A stretch of DNA of 64,000 nt from an uncultured Gammaproteobacteria bacterium. GTDB lineage: Bacteria; Pseudomonadota; Gammaproteobacteria; Steroidobacterales; Steroidobacteraceae. The notes beneath the pieces were generated by a model. The model was not told the origin of the DNA and did no database searches. It was given only the letters and a program-made list of their open reading frames with translations. Shown here one piece after another: positions 9,248-18,178 of this stretch. Positions within the stretch are counted from its first letter, which is position 1. Every line of letters begins with the position of its first letter. A program made the position numbers and the translations under genes. Location of the stretch: positions 4,972 to 68,971 of the forward strand of contig CAVQQX010000085.1 of NCBI GenBank assembly GCA_963714645.1, read 5' to 3'.

Positions 9248-10882
9248 TTAGCCGATCTGGCCGCTCACGATGGGATCGAAGGCGATCAGGCTGTCCTGCA
9301 GGGTGGCGTTGCCGAGCCCGTGCCGCGGGAATTTCGCCGCGAACTGTCCGTGTTCGCCATGCAACGCCATGTAGTTGAGCACCACCGTCTCGACCAGCAG
9401 GTTGACGTTGTTGGCCGCGGGGCTCGAGGCCGTCTCGACCGACGCGTCCGCGCGGAAGTAGCCGATCTGCTGGTGTCGCGCGGTGCCGCCGGCGCCCGTC
9501 GACACGAGGCTCGCCCGCCCGCCCGGATTGTAGACCAGGAAGAACGACGCGGCGGTCGACTGGTTGTCGCTGGTCCACATGAACTTGCCGCGGCCCTCGG
9601 GGGAGGTGTCGACCTGCCCGCTCGCCGAGATCGACCCGTCCGAAAACACGTAGAGCATCAGCGGCAGACCACGCCGCGCGGCGTACTCGAGGCACGCACC
9701 CATGCAGCGGCCCGCGCGCAGATCGCGCAGCTCCCCGGTCGAACGCCCCTGCCCATGGTAGTCGTAGCCGCCCATCGTGATCGTGCCGGCGCCGGCGTAG
9801 CCCGACAGCACCATCTTCATCACGGCCGCAGTCTTGCGGAACTCGTCGTCCGAGTCGTATTCGGCGCGGCTGAAGACGCCGCCGGCACCGACGATGTCGG
9901 GATCGAGCTCGGGATCCAGGCTCGCCGGGTCGCCGAACCGGTCGACGACGTCGGCCGCCTTGACGTAGCCGCAGCTCACGAGTTCCTTCACCACCTCGTT
10001 GCGCGTGACGGAAGTCTGCTGGGGATCGGCCCACGGCTGCTTGGGATCGATCACCGCGATCTTGCGGTCGCTGATGCGCTGGATCGCCTCCATCACCGCG
10101 ACGGTGTCGTCGAGACTCAGCAGCGACGCGAGCTGGCCGGTGTCGACCAGGCCCGTGACGTCGCTTGCGCGGTCGACCTTGGTGGGTCGGACCGACAGGT
10201 CGATCATGCCGGCCGGCGCCATCGAGTTGCCGCCGGAGTCCGAAGCGCGCGAGCCGACCAGCGTCGCGAGGGAGCCGTCGGCTCCCGCGGTGTGGATACC
10301 GTACATCGGGTTGTGCGGGTTGTTGCCGGTGTCGTTCTCGGAGCGCGCGGCAATCACTGCGCCGTTGACCGCGGCCGCCGTCGCCGGCGCGACGCGATCG
10401 AGGATTCCGCGCAGGAACGCACTGTCGCTGTGGAACGCGAGCCCGAGCCGCGTGTCGGTGAAGCTCGCGCCGGTGGTCGGGTTCGTCATGCCCGGCAGCA
10501 TGTCGCCCGGCAGTCCGAGCTTCCCGTAGCCGGCCGTCGACAGGAAGTCGAGCTGCCCGCCCGGTCCACCGATCAGCACGTTCGACCCCACCATGTTGGC
10601 GCCGCCGGCGAGGTCGATGCAGATGAAGGGGATCTTGCCGGCGCCGAGCACGTCGATGCCGCAGCTCGCCTTGAGCGCCTGGATGTCAGGCGAGAGTGCG
10701 GCCATGGCCGCACGCGGGTCGGCGAACAGGCTGAACACCGTGGGCGCCACGACGGTCGCGAGGCCGGACGTGAGTCCCTGGGAGATGAAGTCGCGCCGGG
10801 TGACCGGGCGCTTGTGCGCCTGCTCGTGCCGGATCGGTTCGTCCAGGCGCAGCGTTCGCGGGGCGGGTTTTCGGATCAGCAT
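9248..10882 (-). CDS. Tat-signal exported protein, DUF1501/DUF1552-like (unknown function)
   Basis: ATG 10882 is preceded by GGAGGA. Twin-arginine motif VTRRDFISQGL is followed by a hydrophobic stretch. Segments ICIDLAGGANMVGSN and TMGGYDYHGQG resemble the Tat-exported partner proteins of the 'planctomycete cytochrome c' families. Contains NPTTGAS (10463-10483). Confidence 0.78.
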   Translation of the reverse strand: MLIRKPAPRTLRLDEPIRHEQAHKRPVTRRDFISQGLTSGLATVVAPTVFSLFADPRAAMAALSPDIQALKASCGIDVLGAGKIPFICIDLAGGANMVGSNVLIGGPGGQLDFLSTAGYGKLGLPGDMLPGMTNPTTGASFTDTRLGLAFHSDSAFLRGILDRVAPATAAAVNGAVIAARSENDTGNNPHNPMYGIHTAGADGSLATLVGSRASDSGGNSMAPAGMIDLSVRPTKVDRASDVTGLVDTGQLASLLSLDDTVAVMEAIQRISDRKIAVIDPKQPWADPQQTSVTRNEVVKELVSCGYVKAADVVDRFGDPASLDPELDPDIVGAGGVFSRAEYDSDDEFRKTAAVMKMVLSGYAGAGTITMGGYDYHGQGRSTGELRDLRAGRCMGACLEYAARRGLPLMLYVFSDGSISASGQVDTSPEGRGKFMWTSDNQSTAASFFLVYNPGGRASLVSTGAGGTARHQQIGYFRADASVETASSPAANNVNLLVETVVLNYMALHGEHGQFAAKFPRHGLGNATLQDSLIAFDPIVSGQIG

Positions 10883-10910
10883 GTGCGTCGTTCCTCCGGC
10901 TGCCGGTGCC

Positions 10911-13364
10911 TCACTGCACCAGCGTCGCGGCGCTGCCGAGCAGCGCGGCGCAACTGGCCTTGACGATGGTCTCGGTGCGGTCGGCCGCACAGGCATTGCC
11001 GCAGCTCGCGAGCCGCGTGATCAGCTGGTCGAGGTCGGAGCGCACGCCGGCCGCGGCGGGCTCGGTGCCGACGTTGCTGCTGAGCATCCGCCCGACCAGC
11101 GCATCGAGCACGATGTCGCGGCCGGCCGGGGCGAAGGCGGTGGCCGGGCTCGCGCCGAAGTCGAACCCCGGGAAGTACTGCGCACGCGCCGTCGTGTTCT
11201 CGACCAGTGCGTTGCAGTACTGGATCGAGAGCTGCGCGACCGCGACCGGGTGCGCCGAGACGAACGTGTCGATCTTCTCGACCGTGGGCAGCGACTGCTT
11301 GATCGTCGCGTACGTCGACGCGACTGCCGGCGCGGTGGTGGCGATGCCGGTGAGCTCGGACATCGTCGCGTTCAGCTCGTCGAACACGCGCAGGCCCACG
11401 TCCGCGGGACGCGGCACGTCCGCCGGCGGTGCCGGCGCCAGCGGCACCGGATCGAGCCGGACGTTGGTGTGCGTGCCCAGGCGGTCGAAGGTCAGGAAGA
11501 ACTCGTCGGCCTCGGGGCCCTGCTCGAGCGCGATGACCGTGCCGACCGTCGCGAGCGGCTGCCCGAGCGGCCCGTAGTTCGAATCGCTGACCGTCGTGTC
11601 GAGCGTGCGGTAGGCCTGGCCGACGTCGGCCTCCTCGCCGTTGACGCCGATGCGCATGCCGGCGATCGGGATCGATCCCGGCCTGGCGTTCGGGTCGAGG
11701 CTGATGAACGTCGGCTGCTCGAACAGGTAGCTGTACGAGTCGAACTGGCTCACCTCGAACAGGATGTACGCCCGCGGCACGTCCACCAGGTGGCTCACGG
11801 AGAACAGCAGGTAGAACTTCTCGCCGACGCCGGCCTGGAAGTTGGTCTGGATCTGCGGATCGGTGAGCGCCCGGTTGTAGACCGCGACCAGCCGGAACAC
11901 GCCCTGGAACTGCCGGTCGCCCGACACCTCGTTGCCGAGCACGAAGGCGAACGTGTCGTCCCAGTCGGCGATCGTGCCGCCGGCGCCCGGGTCCGCGTCG
12001 CCCGTGTACTCGCCGTTCACGTGGATCCGGCGGCCGCGGATCGGGTCGAAGGTGACGATGACGTGCTGCAGCGTGGCCTGCAGGTCCTCGTCCGCCGCGG
12101 CCGTGGCCAGCTTCGGGTCGCCGTTCTGGTTGGTGAGGCTCGACCGGTTGAAGAAGTCGTAGCTGTAGAGCGTCTGCCCCAGCGTGAAGTTGCGCGCAGT
12201 CGTGCCGCCGGAGTACGAGACGATGCGCGAGTCTTCCTGCGCCACGTTGCCAGGTGCCACCCACGCCTCGATCGTGTATTCGCCCGTCGCCTGGATCAGG
12301 TCGTGCAGCTTGCGGCTCGCCGTCGTGGAGCCCTGCGCCTTGCCGCTTCGCACGTTGATGCCCCAGCCCCCGACCCACTGCACGTCGCCCGAGAGGTTGA
12401 GGTTGAGCGCGGGCTCGATGCCGCTGGTGTCGTAGGCGACGGTGCCGCTGCCCGTCTTGAATTCCCAGAGGCCCACGAGGCTGCCGGAGTAGCGGTTGCC
12501 CCCGCTCGCGACGATGCCGTCGGGCAGCAGCAGCGCCTTGGACGCCACGAGCGAGGGATCGACCTCCGCGAGCGGCACCTGGTTCGCGAACGCGAGGATC
12601 GCGTTCTCCATCGTCGTCGCGTTCGCCGCGCAGTCGCTCCAGCAGTTGTGGAACTCGGTGCGCAGGCGCACGACCAGCCGCGAGAGCGAAGGCTGGTCGA
12701 GGTTGATCTTGACCTTCGCCGCCGCGTACGCCTCGGCGAGGTCGCTCGAGGCGAAGAACGGCGACTGCGACGCAGCCGCCGTCGCGGTGTGGCAGCGCGA
12801 GCAGTATTGCGTGAGCAGCGGATGGACCGTCGAGCCGAAGAGGGCCGGCGCATCCGGGAACGACTTGCTGCCGCCCGGATCCTTGAGCACGGGGTCCTCG
12901 AGCGCGATACCCTGGCCCCCGCCGGCCGTCGCGCCGGCCCACGCTGAGATCCAGGTGGTGAGGATGTCGGCGCAGGCGTCGTTGCTCGCGAGCCAGCAGT
13001 TGTGGCCGCCGCCGACCTTCTGGACCATGCGGGAATCGCGGGGCGAGGCGAGGTCGACGATCGGGTTGGCCGCAGCGTAGGCCAGATTGACGTCATCCAG
13101 GCGCACGAACTCGGGGGACTGCTCGCCCGCGACGTGGCACTGGCCGCAACGGTTGGTGGCCTTGAGGTTGTCCCAGACGTTGATCTTGAATGCCTGCACG
13201 TCGGCGGTCGCCGGCGCCGGGCCGTTGTACGTCGGCGGCGCCCCGCCCGACGTGGCCGGGTTCTCGACGGTCTTGGCGCCGCCTCCGCACGCCGTGAGCA
13301 ACGTGCAGAGCGCGGCGAGCGCGGCGGCGCGAAGCGACCAGGAGCCTGCCTTGGTGTTGTCCAT
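10911..13364 (-). CDS. lipoprotein with two CxxCH motifs and a LamG/concanavalin-like domain (817 aa)
   Basis: Lipobox LLTAC. CxxCH motifs CGQCH and CSRCH sit in two similar N-terminal modules. The central region (LWEFKTGSGTVAYDTSG ... YTIEAWV ... HVIVTFD ... RIHVNGEY ... FRLVAVYNRALT) reads like a LamG jelly roll. The C-terminal domain is uncharacterised. Confidence 0.8.
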   Translation of the reverse strand: MDNTKAGSWSLRAAALAALCTLLTACGGGAKTVENPATSGGAPPTYNGPAPATADVQAFKINVWDNLKATNRCGQCHVAGEQSPEFVRLDDVNLAYAAANPIVDLASPRDSRMVQKVGGGHNCWLASNDACADILTTWISAWAGATAGGGQGIALEDPVLKDPGGSKSFPDAPALFGSTVHPLLTQYCSRCHTATAAASQSPFFASSDLAEAYAAAKVKINLDQPSLSRLVVRLRTEFHNCWSDCAANATTMENAILAFANQVPLAEVDPSLVASKALLLPDGIVASGGNRYSGSLVGLWEFKTGSGTVAYDTSGIEPALNLNLSGDVQWVGGWGINVRSGKAQGSTTASRKLHDLIQATGEYTIEAWVAPGNVAQEDSRIVSYSGGTTARNFTLGQTLYSYDFFNRSSLTNQNGDPKLATAAADEDLQATLQHVIVTFDPIRGRRIHVNGEYTGDADPGAGGTIADWDDTFAFVLGNEVSGDRQFQGVFRLVAVYNRALTDPQIQTNFQAGVGEKFYLLFSVSHLVDVPRAYILFEVSQFDSYSYLFEQPTFISLDPNARPGSIPIAGMRIGVNGEEADVGQAYRTLDTTVSDSNYGPLGQPLATVGTVIALEQGPEADEFFLTFDRLGTHTNVRLDPVPLAPAPPADVPRPADVGLRVFDELNATMSELTGIATTAPAVASTYATIKQSLPTVEKIDTFVSAHPVAVAQLSIQYCNALVENTTARAQYFPGFDFGASPATAFAPAGRDIVLDALVGRMLSSNVGTEPAAAGVRSDLDQLITRLASCGNACAADRTETIVKASCAALLGSAATLVQ

Positions 13365-13379
13365 GTGCGTGCTGCCCCC

Positions 13380-14576
13380 TCAGTCGCCCATGCAGTAGGT
13401 GGCCGCCTCGGCGAACACCTGCTTGAGCTTGAAACCGCCTGCCTTGAAGTCCGCGGTCATGGCCTGGACGCGCGCGCGGTCCTGCGCGTCGCTCGGGGCC
13501 CGCAAGCAGACGTTGCGGAAGACCTTCTGCACCTGGCAGGACGCGAACGCGTCGCTGTGCGCGAGCTCGCGGCCGAGCGATTTCGCGCCGGCGCCCTGTG
13601 CGGGCAGGGATTCGTCCCAGCCGAGCAGCGAGTTGCGGCCGTGCCGCCAGCGGTTTTCCCAGCGATCGTCCGGCGTCGAGAAGCCGGCCGGGAACGTGTC
13701 CTTGTTGTTGAAGTACTTCGGGCGCACGACGCCCGGGGTGTACTGCAGGCGCCCGGTGGCCTCGTCGTAGTCGTAGTAGGCGAACGCCTGTGCCATCGGG
13801 TCCATGCCCGAATGGCAGGCGATGCAGTTGTTCAGGAACACGCGGCTGTCGCCGCCGGGGCTGCGGCTCACGTCCTGGCGGATCCTGTCGGGCGGACGCG
13901 TCGGGTCCTGCACCTGCTCGAGGTCGGTGCAGAGATGGTTCACGAGCGTGAAGCGGAACATCGCGCGGTTGGTGCCGGCCACGAAGAACGCCTGGGCCGC
14001 GGCGCGTGTCGTCAGCACGCCGGCCGTGGCCTCCGGCGCCAGGCCGTAGGCCGCGGACTGCGTGGTCCGCACCAGGTCGTTCTTCAGGTTGACTCCCTGC
14101 GTCTCGAGCGCGGCGAAGTGGTCGTTGGTCGAGGCGGAGGGGCCGGGAACCCCGCCGAGGCCGCCGCGTCCGGTGTAGAGGATGTCGTCGGACAACACCG
14201 TGTCGAACGACACGTCGTCGCGCACCATGCCGATCACCGTCGCCACGTAGTCGTTGAGCGGCGCGAACACCGTCTGGTCGCGGTTGGTCCACGGCATCGC
14301 GAAGTTCTTGAGCGTCACGTCGTAGAACGCGCGGTGCTGCATGGCCGTATACGCCGCGTCGGTCGCGCGCCCGGCGGCGATGTCCGTCGCCATCGAATCG
14401 AGCACCGCGGCGGTGGGCGGCACGCCGGCGAGCCGGTCGTGGAGGCGCTTCGCCTGCGAGCGCGCATCGGCAAGCGCGATCGCCGGCTGCAGGGCGAGCA
14501 GGCATGCGAGCGCGGCGGCCAGCCAGCCGCGCGAGGCGCCCGATCCCGATCCGCCCGTCGTCCACGTCCGCTGCAT
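13380..14576 (-). CDS. exported protein with one CxxCH motif (PSD/DUF1585-1588-like, unknown function)
   Basis: ATG 14576 is preceded by GGGAGGG. Signal peptide WLAAALACLLALQPAIALADA. Motif FLNNCIACHSGMDPM. First gene of the leftward operon. Confidence 0.8.
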   Translation of the reverse strand: MQRTWTTGGSGSGASRGWLAAALACLLALQPAIALADARSQAKRLHDRLAGVPPTAAVLDSMATDIAAGRATDAAYTAMQHRAFYDVTLKNFAMPWTNRDQTVFAPLNDYVATVIGMVRDDVSFDTVLSDDILYTGRGGLGGVPGPSASTNDHFAALETQGVNLKNDLVRTTQSAAYGLAPEATAGVLTTRAAAQAFFVAGTNRAMFRFTLVNHLCTDLEQVQDPTRPPDRIRQDVSRSPGGDSRVFLNNCIACHSGMDPMAQAFAYYDYDEATGRLQYTPGVVRPKYFNNKDTFPAGFSTPDDRWENRWRHGRNSLLGWDESLPAQGAGAKSLGRELAHSDAFASCQVQKVFRNVCLRAPSDAQDRARVQAMTADFKAGGFKLKQVFAEAATYCMGD

Positions 14577-14613
14577 GCGTGCACCCTCCCGGCGGAAGTA
14601 CCGCCGTGGTGCA

Positions 14614-14638
14614 GCAATCTGCGGGTCTTGCGGATTGC
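14614..14638. promoter_or_regulatory. inverted repeat in divergent promoter region
   Basis: GCAATCTGC-gggtctt-GCGGATTGC. The arms match at 8 of 9 positions. Confidence 0.3.
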
Positions 14639-14656
14639 AGCCAAGCCGGCTTCGTG

Positions 14657-14680
14657 GTTGTGAGAGGCGCCTCACACAAC
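14657..14680. promoter_or_regulatory. 24-bp near-perfect palindrome (candidate operator) in divergent promoter region
   Basis: GTTGTGAGAGGC|GCCTCACACAAC pairs at 11 of 12 positions with no spacer. It is flanked by outer inverted arms GGCTTCGT (14648-14655) and ACGAAGCC (14693-14700). Confidence 0.4.
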
Positions 14681-14766
14681 TCGTGCCCCGCAACGAAGCC
14701 GCGGCTTGGTTATGCGAGAAAGTGCGCCTGCGGCCGCCCGTGTCGGCATGGCCGAGAGGAAGAACG

Positions 14767-17424
14767 ATGCGCGCAGGTTACGCGAACCCGTGGAGGCGGT
14801 GCGCCACATTCGTGCGCACGGGCACGCTGTCGCTGCTCGTCGGAGCCGGCGTCGTCGCGTGCACCAGCGGCGAAGGCGACGGTGCGGGACCCGGCGGCGG
14901 ACAGTCGCCGGACCCGGTCGTGCTCGACTTCCCGATCGCATACGTGAAGCGCCCGGTGCCGACCGGCGCGGCGCTCGCGCCCGACGCGCGCGAGCTGCTC
15001 GACTTCGAGCCCGGCGCGGACCTGTGGATCCGCGACCGTGCGTCGCCCTCGGCCGCCGAACGCAACGTCACCGGCCCGGTCACACTGGGCCTCGGCGACG
15101 TACGCGACGTCGAGCCGTCCTACGACGGCACGAAGGTCGTCTTCGCGCTGCACGAGCCCGGGATCGAGGGTGCTCCACCCGAGGAGCAACCTACGTGGGA
15201 CATCTGGGAGTACGACCTCGGCGCGCAGGAACTGCGCCGCCTGATCCCCTCGGACACGACCGCGCGCGAGGGTGACGACGTCGCACCGCACTACCTGCCG
15301 GACGGCCGCGTCGTGTTCTCCTCGACCCGCCAGCGCCAGTCGAAGGCGATCCTGCTCGACGAGGGTAAGCCTCAATTCGCTGCGCTCGACGAGAACGGAA
15401 ACGAACCGGGATTCGTGCTGCACGTCATGAATGCCGACGGCTCCGACGTACACCAGATCTCGTTCAACCAGAGCCACGACCTGGATCCGGCGGTGCTGCC
15501 GGACGGGCGTATCGTCTTCAGCCGCTGGGACGCCGCACCGGGTCACGACGAAATCAGTCTCTACGCGATGCGTCCGGACGGCACGGACCTCGAGCTGCTG
15601 TACGGTGTCAGGAGCCACGCGACCGGGACCGACGGCAGCGACGTGCAGTTCCTCGACCCGCGCCCGATGTCGGACGGTAACGTGCTGGTGCGCGCGCAAC
15701 CGTTCGAGGCACCCGACCTCGGCGGGCAACTGCTCGCGATCGACACCACGAACTACGTCGAGATCGCGCAGCCGACGCTCCCCAATGCGGGCGCGCTCGC
15801 GGGCCCGGCGCAGCTCGCTGCAACGGTCAACGAAGTCCGCACGATCGAGGGCCCCTCACCCGGCGGCCGTTACAACTCGGCCTACCCGCTGCAGGACGGC
15901 ACGGGGCGGTTGCTCCTCACGTGGACCCAGTGCCGGTTGCTCGAACAGTCGTCGTCCTCATCGACCGCGCGGATCGTGCCTTGCACCGACGACGCCCTCG
16001 CGACCGGCACCGCGGCATCGGCGCCGCCGCTCTACGGCATCTGGATCTACGACCCCGCGCAGGAGACGCAGCTGCCGGTGTCGTCGCCGGTCGAAGGACG
16101 ACTGGTCACGGACGTGGTGGCCTTGCAGCCGCGTGCGCTGCCGCCGGTGCTGCTCGATCGCGTGGCCGGCGTCGACTTCGACGCCGAGCTGGCCGAACAG
16201 GGTGTCGGCCTGCTCGATATCCGGAGCGTGTACGACATCGCCGGCGTGGACACCGCGCCGGGCGGCCTCGTGCCCTTGCGTGACCCGGCGCTGACGCTCG
16301 CGGCACAGCGACCGGCGCGGTTCGTGCGGCTGGAGAAACCCGTCAGTATCCCCGACGACGAGGTGCGCGAATTCGACGGCAGCGCCTTCGGCGTGACTTC
16401 GGCGTTCGGGATGCGCGAGATCCTCGGGTATGCGCCGGTCGAGCCGGACGGCTCCGTGCGCATCAAGGTGCCCGCGGACGTCGCGTTCGCGATCACCGTG
16501 CTCGATGCGGACGGGCGACGCATCGGCGCACGCCACGACAACTGGCTGCAGGTACGCGCGGGCCAGGAACTCGAATGCAACGGTTGCCACGTCGCGACCC
16601 GCGACGACTCCCACGGTCGCAGCAACCTGTTCGCCTCCGCCAACCCGGGCGCACCGGGCACCGGTACGCCGTTTCCGCACACGGACCCCGCGCTGTTCGC
16701 CGACCTGGGCGAGACGATGGCGCAGGTGCGCTCGCGCGTGAGCTGCCAGACCGACTGTGCGGCCCTACTGCCCTCGACGGCCGTCGTGTTCGAGGACGTC
16801 TGGACCGATCCGGCGACGGCAGGCCGAGCCGCGGACGCAAGCTTCGAGTACTCGTACCTCGACCTGGACACGCCCGCCCCCACCTCGACCGACTGCGTCA
16901 CGACATGGCGCGCCGGGTGTCGCATCACGATCCACTACGAGCAACACCTGCACCCGCTCTGGTCCAAACCGCGCGTCACGCTCGCGATGGACGGCTCGGT
17001 GCTGCAGGACGACACCTGTACCCGTTGCCACACGGCGCGCGCCGCGGACGGCACGACGCAGCTGCCGGCCGGCCAGCTGGAGCTCACCGACGGCCCGTCG
17101 GCCGACGAACCCGACCATTTCCACGCCTATCGCGAACTGCTCGCGACGGACGCCGAGCAGGAAGTCGTGGACGGCGTGCTGCAGGACCGGCTGGTGCAGG
17201 TCGGCACCGACCCCGTGACCGGTGCACCGCAGTTCGTGACCGTGCCGGTCGCGCCGTCGCTCGCCGCGGGCAGCGCCGCCGCGAGCGTGACGTTCTTCTC
17301 ATTGTTCGCACCCGGCGGCTCGCACGCGGGGCGGCTGACGCCCGCAGAGTTGAAGCTCGTCTCAGAATGGGTGGACATCGGGGCTCAATACTTCAACGAC
17401 CCGTTTGCCGCGCCGGTTCCGTGA
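14767..17424 (+). CDS. lipoprotein with TolB/PD40-like beta-propeller and C-terminal region carrying two CxxCH motifs (HzsA-related-like, 885 aa)
   Basis: ATG 14767 lies inside ORF 14341..17424. Lipobox GVVAC. Propeller-like repeats include DGTKVVFAL, DGRVVFSSTR, MNADGSDVHQISF, DGRIVFSRWD and MRPDGTDLELLY. Motifs LECNGCHV and CTRCHTA are present. Confidence 0.8.
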   Translation: MRAGYANPWRRCATFVRTGTLSLLVGAGVVACTSGEGDGAGPGGGQSPDPVVLDFPIAYVKRPVPTGAALAPDARELLDFEPGADLWIRDRASPSAAERNVTGPVTLGLGDVRDVEPSYDGTKVVFALHEPGIEGAPPEEQPTWDIWEYDLGAQELRRLIPSDTTAREGDDVAPHYLPDGRVVFSSTRQRQSKAILLDEGKPQFAALDENGNEPGFVLHVMNADGSDVHQISFNQSHDLDPAVLPDGRIVFSRWDAAPGHDEISLYAMRPDGTDLELLYGVRSHATGTDGSDVQFLDPRPMSDGNVLVRAQPFEAPDLGGQLLAIDTTNYVEIAQPTLPNAGALAGPAQLAATVNEVRTIEGPSPGGRYNSAYPLQDGTGRLLLTWTQCRLLEQSSSSSTARIVPCTDDALATGTAASAPPLYGIWIYDPAQETQLPVSSPVEGRLVTDVVALQPRALPPVLLDRVAGVDFDAELAEQGVGLLDIRSVYDIAGVDTAPGGLVPLRDPALTLAAQRPARFVRLEKPVSIPDDEVREFDGSAFGVTSAFGMREILGYAPVEPDGSVRIKVPADVAFAITVLDADGRRIGARHDNWLQVRAGQELECNGCHVATRDDSHGRSNLFASANPGAPGTGTPFPHTDPALFADLGETMAQVRSRVSCQTDCAALLPSTAVVFEDVWTDPATAGRAADASFEYSYLDLDTPAPTSTDCVTTWRAGCRITIHYEQHLHPLWSKPRVTLAMDGSVLQDDTCTRCHTARAADGTTQLPAGQLELTDGPSADEPDHFHAYRELLATDAEQEVVDGVLQDRLVQVGTDPVTGAPQFVTVPVAPSLAAGSAAASVTFFSLFAPGGSHAGRLTPAELKLVSEWVDIGAQYFNDPFAAPVP

Positions 17425-17431
17425 GCCACTG

Positions 17432-18178
17432 ATGCTGCGACCCCTGCTGGTCCTCTGCGCCGCGCTCGGCGGCGTGCTCCTGGCGCCCGTCGCGTCGGCG
17501 ACGCGCGCGCCCGCGAGCGTCGTGATCCAGGACGCCTTTGCCGATCTGCACACCGGGCCGGGGCGCGGCTTTCCCGTGGCCTACTCGGTCGAACGCAGTG
17601 CGACGATCCAGCTGCTGCGCCAGCGCACCGACTGGATCAAGGTCCGCACTGCCGGCGGTCGCGAGGGCTGGGTGCACCGCAACCAGCTCGAGCGGACGCT
17701 GACGCCCGGTGGCCGGGAAGTGCGGGTCGCCGGCCCCCGCCCCGAGGCGCGCACCGACCACCGATGGGAGGCAGGCCTCGCCACGGGCGACTTCGGCGGC
17801 GCGAACGTCGTGAGCGTCGGCGGCACCTTCCTGCTGACGCCGAGCCTGGTCGTGCGAGCGGACGCGAGCCACCTGCTCGGCGACTATTCCAATGGCTGGC
17901 TCGGCGCGGTCGGGATCGCGCATGTCTTCGTTCCGCAATGGCGCGTATCGCCGTTCGCGGGCATCGGTGGCGGCGTGCTCTCGATCTCGCCGAAGGCGAC
18001 GCTGATCCAGGCCGGGGACCGCACCGATTCCATCGCGTATGCCGGGCTCGGACTGCGCGGCTTCCTGACCAACCGCTTCCTGCTGCAGGCGGAATACCGC
18101 AGCTACGTCGTGTTCACGAGCCGCGACGAGAACGAGGAGATCGACGAATGGACCGTGGGCTTCACGTACTTCTTCTGA
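17432..18178 (+). CDS. exported SH3-like domain fused to an outer-membrane beta-barrel
   Basis: ATG 17432 lies 7 nt after the upstream stop. Signal peptide MLRPLLVLCAALGGVLLAPVASA. SH3_3-like segment (LHTGPGRGFPVAY...DWIKVRTAGGREGWVHRNQL). Alternating beta-strand region ending in the aromatic terminus TVGFTYFF. Confidence 0.72.
   Translation: MLRPLLVLCAALGGVLLAPVASATRAPASVVIQDAFADLHTGPGRGFPVAYSVERSATIQLLRQRTDWIKVRTAGGREGWVHRNQLERTLTPGGREVRVAGPRPEARTDHRWEAGLATGDFGGANVVSVGGTFLLTPSLVVRADASHLLGDYSNGWLGAVGIAHVFVPQWRVSPFAGIGGGVLSISPKATLIQAGDRTDSIAYAGLGLRGFLTNRFLLQAEYRSYVVFTSRDENEEIDEWTVGFTYFF

Noticed and set aside
9237-10034. N-terminal extension of the methyltransferase ORF 7869..10034(-).
   Set aside because: It overlaps the Tat-protein gene out of frame and has junk composition. 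The zinc-ribbon domain begins right after the upstream gene's stop.
10593-14679. Very long alternative-frame or antisense ORFs (10593..12947+, 10876..12942-, 13002..14663+, 13093..14679-).
   Set aside because: They are shadow ORFs of the CxxCH/LamG genes. Their composition is biased (R, G, A, D, V repeats) and they have no motifs. The chosen frames carry signal peptides, lipoboxes and conserved-looking domains.
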